A stretch of DNA of 38,078 nucleotides, taken from assembly GCA_049684495.1 (NCBI GenBank), contig JBAVFZ010000315.1:1-38078 (forward strand), in the 5' to 3' direction. Under the pieces are notes generated by a model. That model was not told the DNA's origin, ran no database searches, and saw only the letters and a list, made by a program, of their open reading frames with translations. Made by a program: the position numbers and the translations under genes. Positions 33,090 through 38,078 of the stretch are shown here, in pieces (within the stretch, counting starts at the first letter, position 1; each line of letters begins with the position of its first letter). The stretch comes from Anaerolineales bacterium (GTDB lineage: Bacteria > Chloroflexota > Anaerolineae > Anaerolineales > RBG-16-64-43).

Positions 33090-34283
33090 TCAGCCGCCCA
33101 GCAGCCGGGCATACGCCTCCCATTGCTCCTCGGCGAAGAGCTCCCAGGTCAGGTGTTCGGCCCGCTGGCGTCCGGCCGAGCCCATCCGGTCGGAAAGCTC
33201 CGGGTCCTCCGCCAGCCGGATCATCGCCTGCCCGGCCGCCTCGGCGTCGGTGGGATTCACCAGAATTCCGGAATCGCCGTCGATCACCACATCCGGAATT
33301 CCCCCGCTGCGGCTGCCCACGGCGGGCAAGCCGTAGGCGCCGGCTTCCAGGAAAACCAACCCGAAGCCCTCGAAGTGGCGGTCCACTTCCTGGGACAGCA
33401 GAACGAACATCGACGCCTCGCGGTACAGCTGATCCAGCCGGGCCGGATCCACTGTGCCGAGAATTTTCACCCCGCGCATTTTTTCACTGCGGATGATGTT
33501 TTTTAATAGAAGCTGATACGGCCCGTCCGGCGGCCGGCCGACGATGTTGTACACGGCGTCGGGGAACCGTTTCTGCAACCGGGCGAAAGCGGCCAGGCTG
33601 ACGTGGTACCCCTTGCGCGGCTTGACCATCCCGACCGAAAAGACCACCGGCGCGCCGGACGGCCGTCTGCGCCGCGCCGCATCGGGCGGAACCTGTTCCG
33701 CCGCGCGGGAGCCGCACAGGATCGTCCGGACGGTGACCGACCCCAGGTCCGCGTTGTAGGCACCCCATAATTTTGCTTCCGTGCCGTGGGAGATTGGGTA
33801 GATGGCCGCCGCCCGGCGCAGGACCCCGTGGTAGTGGCGGTCCAGGAACGGCCACTTGCTCCACAGGATCGCATACGTCCCGAAGGCGGTGAGCACATGC
33901 GGCTTTCGCTGCGAGCGGGCCAGCGCATCCCCGGCCCAGCCGGCGGGAAACATCTCCATCGAATGCACCAGGCGCACATGCAGATCCGGTATCCGGCGCG
34001 CAGCCCAAAGCGAAGGGATCATCCAGCGCAGCATGGAAAGCGTGGTCCCGCTCCACTCTTCGGCCTGGACCGTGGGCAGGACATGCCGCTCGAGGTGGGG
34101 AAATTTTGCCGCCGCCGCGGCCTGATCCCCGCGGGAAACGATCAGAACCGGCTCGACATATTTTTGGAGCGAGCGGATCGCCCCGTCGACGAAGGTTACC
34201 CATCCGCGGAATCCGCGCAGATAAGGGATCAGATAGGCGATGCGCGGTTTGGATCCGGAACGGGCGGAGCTTTTGGTCGGCAT
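33090..34283 (-). CDS. Family 4 glycosyltransferase, paralogue pair B (member 2)
   Basis: 397 aa. Motifs are PRIAYLIPYLRGFRGWVT, VRLVHSMEMFPAGWAGD, GMVKPRKGYHVSLAAFARLQKRFPDA and HFEGFGLVFLEAGAYGLPAVGSRSGGIPDVVIDG. It is collinear with the 31766..32938 product along the whole length. Confidence 0.82.
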   Translation of the reverse strand: MPTKSSARSGSKPRIAYLIPYLRGFRGWVTFVDGAIRSLQKYVEPVLIVSRGDQAAAAAKFPHLERHVLPTVQAEEWSGTTLSMLRWMIPSLWAARRIPDLHVRLVHSMEMFPAGWAGDALARSQRKPHVLTAFGTYAILWSKWPFLDRHYHGVLRRAAAIYPISHGTEAKLWGAYNADLGSVTVRTILCGSRAAEQVPPDAARRRRPSGAPVVFSVGMVKPRKGYHVSLAAFARLQKRFPDAVYNIVGRPPDGPYQLLLKNIIRSEKMRGVKILGTVDPARLDQLYREASMFVLLSQEVDRHFEGFGLVFLEAGAYGLPAVGSRSGGIPDVVIDGDSGILVNPTDAEAAGQAMIRLAEDPELSDRMGSAGRQRAEHLTWELFAEEQWEAYARLLGG

Positions 34284-34287
34284 GCCG

Positions 34288-35952
34288 TCAATCCCCGCCG
34301 AGCCGGTGCAATTCCTGGATCAGGGAAACGGCGCCGTTGCGGATTTCCGCGCCCCAGATCCGCTCCCGCCGCCGGCGGAGTTCGCCGGCCGGGAGCGCAT
34401 GCGCCCTGCGGATCGCATCCGGGAGTTCTTCAGGGTGTACCGCCGCTTCGGCCAATCCTTCTTCCACCAGTTCGCGGCCGTAGGCGCGGGTGGTTTTCAT
34501 CCAGATGATGGGAACCGACACCAGCGCCGCTTCATAGAGAACCGAACTGTAGGTGCCGATCGCCGCATCCACTTGTGCACAGGCTTCATATACGGACCCG
34601 GTCCGAAGCAGCCGCACGTCCGAAGCGGACAGCGAGTATTCTTCAAGACTTTTTTCGGATTCTCCGGGACGGAGTTTGAGGTAGAGTTCGAAACCGGGAT
34701 CCCGAATCAGCGCCCGCAGGTAGGCGGCCACTTCGCTTTTTCTCGCCAGCGGTTCGGAAACCACCAGGACGCGGATCTTCGCCTCCGGACCGGCGGGTAT
34801 TCGCGTTGTATCCAATTCAGCTGCCGTTACATCCGGCGGACGGACCGGACCGGCGACGAACACCCGATCCGGCGCGAAGAGCGCGCTATCGCGGAGCAAC
34901 CGGTCGCGGAACAGGCCGCTCCATACGCCGTAGCGGTCGAAGGCATGCGGACGGGCGCCGGAGAAACCGTACGCCATCAACCCGGCGTGGAATTTGTTGA
35001 ACACGCCGTGCTGGAATCCGAGAACCGGGATCCCGAGCGTCAGGCAGGCGGCGATGAGTTCGAAGTTGTGGCGATTGTCGTCGAAGATCACCGCCCGGCG
35101 GACGCGCTGGAACCGCAGCGCGCGTTTCAGGATCCGCTGGCGGGCGATGGATTGAAGACCGGCTTCGATCGCGACCGGGACCAATGCCCGCAGCGCGCGA
35201 TCCTCGATCGATAACGGTCCGCCGGAAGGCAGGTTCACAACCGGTGCCGGAATCCGCACTCCGGTCAGGCGTGCCAGGAAATCCGCCGATTCAAGAAAGT
35301 AGACCGGCCTTCGCCGCCGGAAAAAGTTTTTTATCGCCTGATGGGGGGAAAGGGTATGCGCAAATTCCGCAAAACGGTATCCTGACTGTTTTAGTTCGCG
35401 GTACAGCGGGGTGAACCGGAAATCCTCGCGCAATCCCGGGCTGACATGGTCGATGATGTAGAAGAGCGTATCCCGCCGGGCGATCCGGAACACGGCCAGC
35501 GAGGTGAGGGTCAGCGCCAGCGTCGCCCACCGGCCAAGTGAACCCTTTTGCTTCGCCAATGCGCCGCCGGCCGGGCCGGGGAATCCCTCTTTCCCGCCGA
35601 TCGCCCGCAGCACCCGTTCGAGATCCGGCGGAGCATCCTCCACGCGGATATTTTTCTTTCCATCCACGGCGGAGAGGAGCGGGAGCAGTTGGGTCAGGGG
35701 AACGAGGTAGAAGCGCAGGAGCCGGTCCTGGCCGTACCACCACGGTTCGAAGCCGTCTTCGGTGAGGATCGACGGGATGGGCTTGCCTGAGGCGTCGGTC
35801 TGGCTGTTGAACTTGCGGAGAAGGTCGAGCGCCCGGTCCCAATCCGGCACCGCGACGGGAATGGGCGCGCCCTCCGTCTGCTCGAACGCGCCGTCGGTGG
35901 CGGGGTCCGGGCGGAAGCGCAGATGCGATGGGGTGTCGCCGCCTGCGCCCAT
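34288..35952 (-). CDS. 554-aa orphan protein: unassigned N-terminal domain, one TM segment, C-terminal GT-B-like (TagF/KpsS-like?) domain
   Basis: This is the tail of track ORF 34288..36546. ATG 35952 lies 8 nt after the oxidoreductase stop. There is one hydrophobic segment (WATLALTLTSLAVFRIA). Motifs are VIFDDNRHNFELIAACLTLGIPVLGFQHG, YLKLRPGES and AAIGTYSSVLYEAALVSVPIIWM. The family assignment is uncertain. Confidence 0.6.
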   Translation of the reverse strand: MGAGGDTPSHLRFRPDPATDGAFEQTEGAPIPVAVPDWDRALDLLRKFNSQTDASGKPIPSILTEDGFEPWWYGQDRLLRFYLVPLTQLLPLLSAVDGKKNIRVEDAPPDLERVLRAIGGKEGFPGPAGGALAKQKGSLGRWATLALTLTSLAVFRIARRDTLFYIIDHVSPGLREDFRFTPLYRELKQSGYRFAEFAHTLSPHQAIKNFFRRRRPVYFLESADFLARLTGVRIPAPVVNLPSGGPLSIEDRALRALVPVAIEAGLQSIARQRILKRALRFQRVRRAVIFDDNRHNFELIAACLTLGIPVLGFQHGVFNKFHAGLMAYGFSGARPHAFDRYGVWSGLFRDRLLRDSALFAPDRVFVAGPVRPPDVTAAELDTTRIPAGPEAKIRVLVVSEPLARKSEVAAYLRALIRDPGFELYLKLRPGESEKSLEEYSLSASDVRLLRTGSVYEACAQVDAAIGTYSSVLYEAALVSVPIIWMKTTRAYGRELVEEGLAEAAVHPEELPDAIRRAHALPAGELRRRRERIWGAEIRNGAVSLIQELHRLGGD

Positions 35953-35960
35953 GAAGAGCC

Positions 35961-37004
35961 TCAGCCGCCCGGCGCTTTCCGGATTGCGCGTTCGAACGCC
36001 GCGCCGAAATGCTCGTTCAATTCCTCGACATGCAGCGCTTCCTCGGGCGAGGTGGGATTGACCCCGTCGTGCAGGACGTAATCCAGAAAATGGTTGATGA
36101 CATACTCGTGCGGCGAGGGCGGCGCGGCTTGTTTGGGCTTGACGCTGAACCGGGCGCCGAGCCAGCGGCGGAACAGTTCCGCGGAAATCTTCGCATTCGG
36201 CCGTTCGGCGAGGGCGAAGGCGGTCTTGTAGGAGAACATGAAGGACGCCTTGGTCCCGTGCAGGATGTTGATCCGGCGCTTGGTTTCTTCGGGATTGGCC
36301 GACATGCGGATGTTGACATATCCCTCTTTGCTTTCCAGGACGACATCCACTTCGTCGGCGCTCATCCACGGCCACTTGTTGGTGGTTTTGCGCGCGGCGA
36401 CGGAAAGGAGGCGCATCTCGCCGACGAGCGCGTAGGCGATGTAGAGCTGGTGCGGGAGGCTTTCCGCCCAGCGGCCGCCGGGGATCTTGTGGCACCAGAA
36501 GTTCGGGTCGATCACCATCCGGTCCTGGTCGCCGTTGGTCATCCACGTCAGGCCGACGTGCAATACGCGTCCCGCCTCGCCGCGCCGGACGATATCCGTC
36601 ATGCGCAGGATCCCCGCCATGAATTTATTCTGATGCACGACCGACAGCTTCCGGCCGGTGCGCTGCTGGACGGCGATGATCTCGCGCGCTTCTTCCAGGG
36701 TCACGGCAAACGGTTTTTCCAGCAGCACGTCCGCGCCGTGCTCGAAGGCGTAGATCGTGAGGTCTTTGTGGGTCTGCGGCGGGGTGCAGATCGAGACGAT
36801 CCGCGCGCCGCTTTGGCGGAGGCCTTCCTCGAGCGAGGGATACGCGCCCGGAATCCCGTTTTCGTCCGCGACGCGCCTCGCGCGGGCGAGATCCGGATCG
36901 ATCATCCCGACCAGCTCCACCTCGGGATGGTTCTTAAAGAAGGGCAGATGCCGAACAGCGCCGGCAACGCCGCTGCCGACGATAAGAACCTTGGTTTTTT
37001 CCAT
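35961..37004 (-). CDS. Gfo/Idh/MocA family oxidoreductase (sugar or sugar-nucleotide dehydrogenase candidate), first gene of the glycan operon
   Basis: 347 aa. The Rossmann motif is KVLIVGSGVAGA and the EKP motif is VLLEKPFA. GGAG lies 5 nt upstream of ATG 37004. Confidence 0.85.
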   Translation of the reverse strand: MEKTKVLIVGSGVAGAVRHLPFFKNHPEVELVGMIDPDLARARRVADENGIPGAYPSLEEGLRQSGARIVSICTPPQTHKDLTIYAFEHGADVLLEKPFAVTLEEAREIIAVQQRTGRKLSVVHQNKFMAGILRMTDIVRRGEAGRVLHVGLTWMTNGDQDRMVIDPNFWCHKIPGGRWAESLPHQLYIAYALVGEMRLLSVAARKTTNKWPWMSADEVDVVLESKEGYVNIRMSANPEETKRRINILHGTKASFMFSYKTAFALAERPNAKISAELFRRWLGARFSVKPKQAAPPSPHEYVINHFLDYVLHDGVNPTSPEEALHVEELNEHFGAAFERAIRKAPGG

Positions 37005-37068
37005 TCCATCTCCGAATTCGGGGCTTTTGCCCCCGGTTTACCAGAGGCTTGCGCCACCGGGGTTGGAA

Positions 37069-37077
37069 ATTATACCA
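37069..37077 (-). promoter_or_regulatory. Candidate extended -10 promoter (TGGTATAAT) for the glycan operon
   Basis: The minus strand reads CATATAAGGCCAATTATTTACTGGTATAATTTCCAACCCCGG.... There is a perfect TGn-TATAAT about 65 nt upstream of ATG 37004, in an AT-rich intergenic region. No good -35 is present. The leader contains a GGGGCAAAAGCCCC hairpin. Confidence 0.4.
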
Positions 37078-37253
37078 GTAAATAATTGGCCTTATATGCT
37101 GGGTAGGCATGTTTTCACGGGCAATTGTCCGGAAAAACCGCGTAGTTTCGCCTGTTGAAGAAAACGTCTTCCGCGTTGTATATGGCGATTTCAAATCATC
37201 TGTGAGACTCTCGCGATCCAGAGGTTGAATACCGTTGGCAATTCCCAATAATA

Positions 37254-38078
37254 TTACTCTTGATAGCCCTTTGCCTGTAGGTTGAATAAATACGCGTATT
37301 GTCCATTTAATGACATAAGTTCCTCATGAGAACCTGATTCTACACATTCGCCTCCATCTATAACCAAAATATGATTGGCCATACGTACGGTAGAAAATCT
37401 GTGGGAAATTAGAACAGTTATTTTCTTTCGATTATTTTCCAAATATTTAGAAAACATTCGAGATTCCGATTCGGCATCCAAAGAAGCAGTTGGCTCATCC
37501 AAGATTAGCAGATCGCTATCTCGAAATATGGCTCGTGCAAGCGCTATTTTTTGCCATTCTCCGCCGCTCAGTTGAACCCCATCTTCAAACCATCTTCCTA
37601 GCATCGTCTCATATTTCTTGGGTAGCGATAAAATTAAAGTATCAATTCCACTTAATCTTGCCGCCTTCTCAATCCCCTTCTGATTTTCAATATCGAAAAT
37701 CCTTCCTATACCGATACTGTTTTTTACCGTTAATTGATAATCTCCATAGTCTTGAAAAAGAATTGTAATATGGTCTTGCACGGATATTGGACTATATTCT
37801 GAAATTGGTTCGCCGTTGATGAAAATCTCGCCCGAAGTTGGCTCATAAAGACGACACATTAATTTTGCAATGGTTGTCTTCCCCGCTCCATTTTTTCCGA
37901 CTAATGCTAATGATTCTCCTCGACGAATTTTAATATTGATCCCATTCAATACCCTCTTGGTTGTCTTTGGATAAGTAAACGACACATTTTTGAATTCGAT
38001 TTCTTCGACAGTATCCGTCCATTGCCGGCCGCTTGATAAATTTCGAGAAGGAAGAGCTTGAAATTCAAATAGATTTTG
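37254..38078 (-). CDS. ABC exporter, C-terminal nucleotide-binding domain (fused TMD-NBD type); 5' part lies beyond the right edge
   Basis: Track ORF 37254..37985 starts at an internal GTG. The same frame stays open to position 38078 (QNLFEFQALPSRNLSSGRQWTDTVEEIEFKNVSFTYP...). The Walker A motif is GKNGAGKTT, the signature is LSGGEWQKIALARA, the Walker B is LLILDEPTASLD and the H-loop is ISHR. G+C is markedly low. Confidence 0.88.
   Translation of the reverse strand, partial: QNLFEFQALPSRNLSSGRQWTDTVEEIEFKNVSFTYPKTTKRVLNGINIKIRRGESLALVGKNGAGKTTIAKLMCRLYEPTSGEIFINGEPISEYSPISVQDHITILFQDYGDYQLTVKNSIGIGRIFDIENQKGIEKAARLSGIDTLILSLPKKYETMLGRWFEDGVQLSGGEWQKIALARAIFRDSDLLILDEPTASLDAESESRMFSKYLENNRKKITVLISHRFSTVRMANHILVIDGGECVESGSHEELMSLNGQYAYLFNLQAKGYQE

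Noticed and set aside
32935-33123. 62-aa minus-strand ORF (and plus-strand ORF 32942..33496) across the gap between the pair-B GT4 genes
   Set aside because: Its reading frame is generated by the palindromic repeat modules themselves. It overlaps the 3' end of the upstream GT4 gene and has no start context.

Overview
This is a 38-kb segment of a high-G+C bacterial chromosome. Hand-counted 60-nt lines in typical genes gave 62-75 % G+C. Every gene I can support lies on the minus strand. The long plus-strand ORFs in the track are Arg/Pro/Gly-rich antisense shadows. Reading the minus strand from right to left: (i) The 3' part of an AT-rich (32-37 % G+C) ABC exporter gene runs off the right edge. 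(ii) A 19.7-kb, 16-gene, translationally coupled glycan-assembly operon spans 37004 to 17318. It encodes a Gfo/Idh/MocA oxidoreductase, a 554-aa orphan GT-B-like membrane protein, eight GT4 and one ExoA-like GT2 glycosyltransferases, two polytopic GT-C-like membrane proteins, an unlisted 54-codon membrane ORF, a WbpP/GalE-like epimerase and a membrane-anchored CapD/PglF-like dehydratase. A membrane-anchored TPR protein follows it. (iii) Next come a DUF4405-like small membrane protein and a deazaflavin-oxidoreductase-family gene broken by a 1-nt frameshift in a G5A7 run. (iv) A self-contained tRNA-Leu(GAG) unit has a consensus promoter and flanking terminators. (v) A fused alpha-beta glycine-tRNA ligase follows. 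(vi) Then a second Gfo/Idh/MocA oxidoreductase. (vii) Then TPR protein-cdaA-cdaR-der. (viii) lepB is coupled to an MqsA-N-like zinc-ribbon gene. (ix) A lower-G+C GH10 xylanase lipoprotein follows. (x) The 5' part of a third GT-C glycosyltransferase runs off the left edge. Intergenic regions carry three kinds of palindromic repeat. The first is a 62-nt three-module hairpin in three copies, one of which shows compensatory GGAG/CTCC to AAAA/TTTT changes. The second is a pair of G/C-rich CCCCTCTCCTG palindromes flanking glyQS. The third is an inverted pair of GTCATTCCGA...GGAATCGG modules inside the glycan operon. I saw no rRNA, CRISPR array, transposase, integrase or recognisable defence or toxin genes. 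The best candidate for something undescribed is the glycan operon. It has many cytoplasmic GTs plus non-STT3 GT-C enzymes, a small membrane peptide and an orphan GT-B protein. It has no recognisable priming transferase, Wzx/Wzy, Wzz or in-operon exporter. All family assignments come from motifs read by eye, and no database search was possible.
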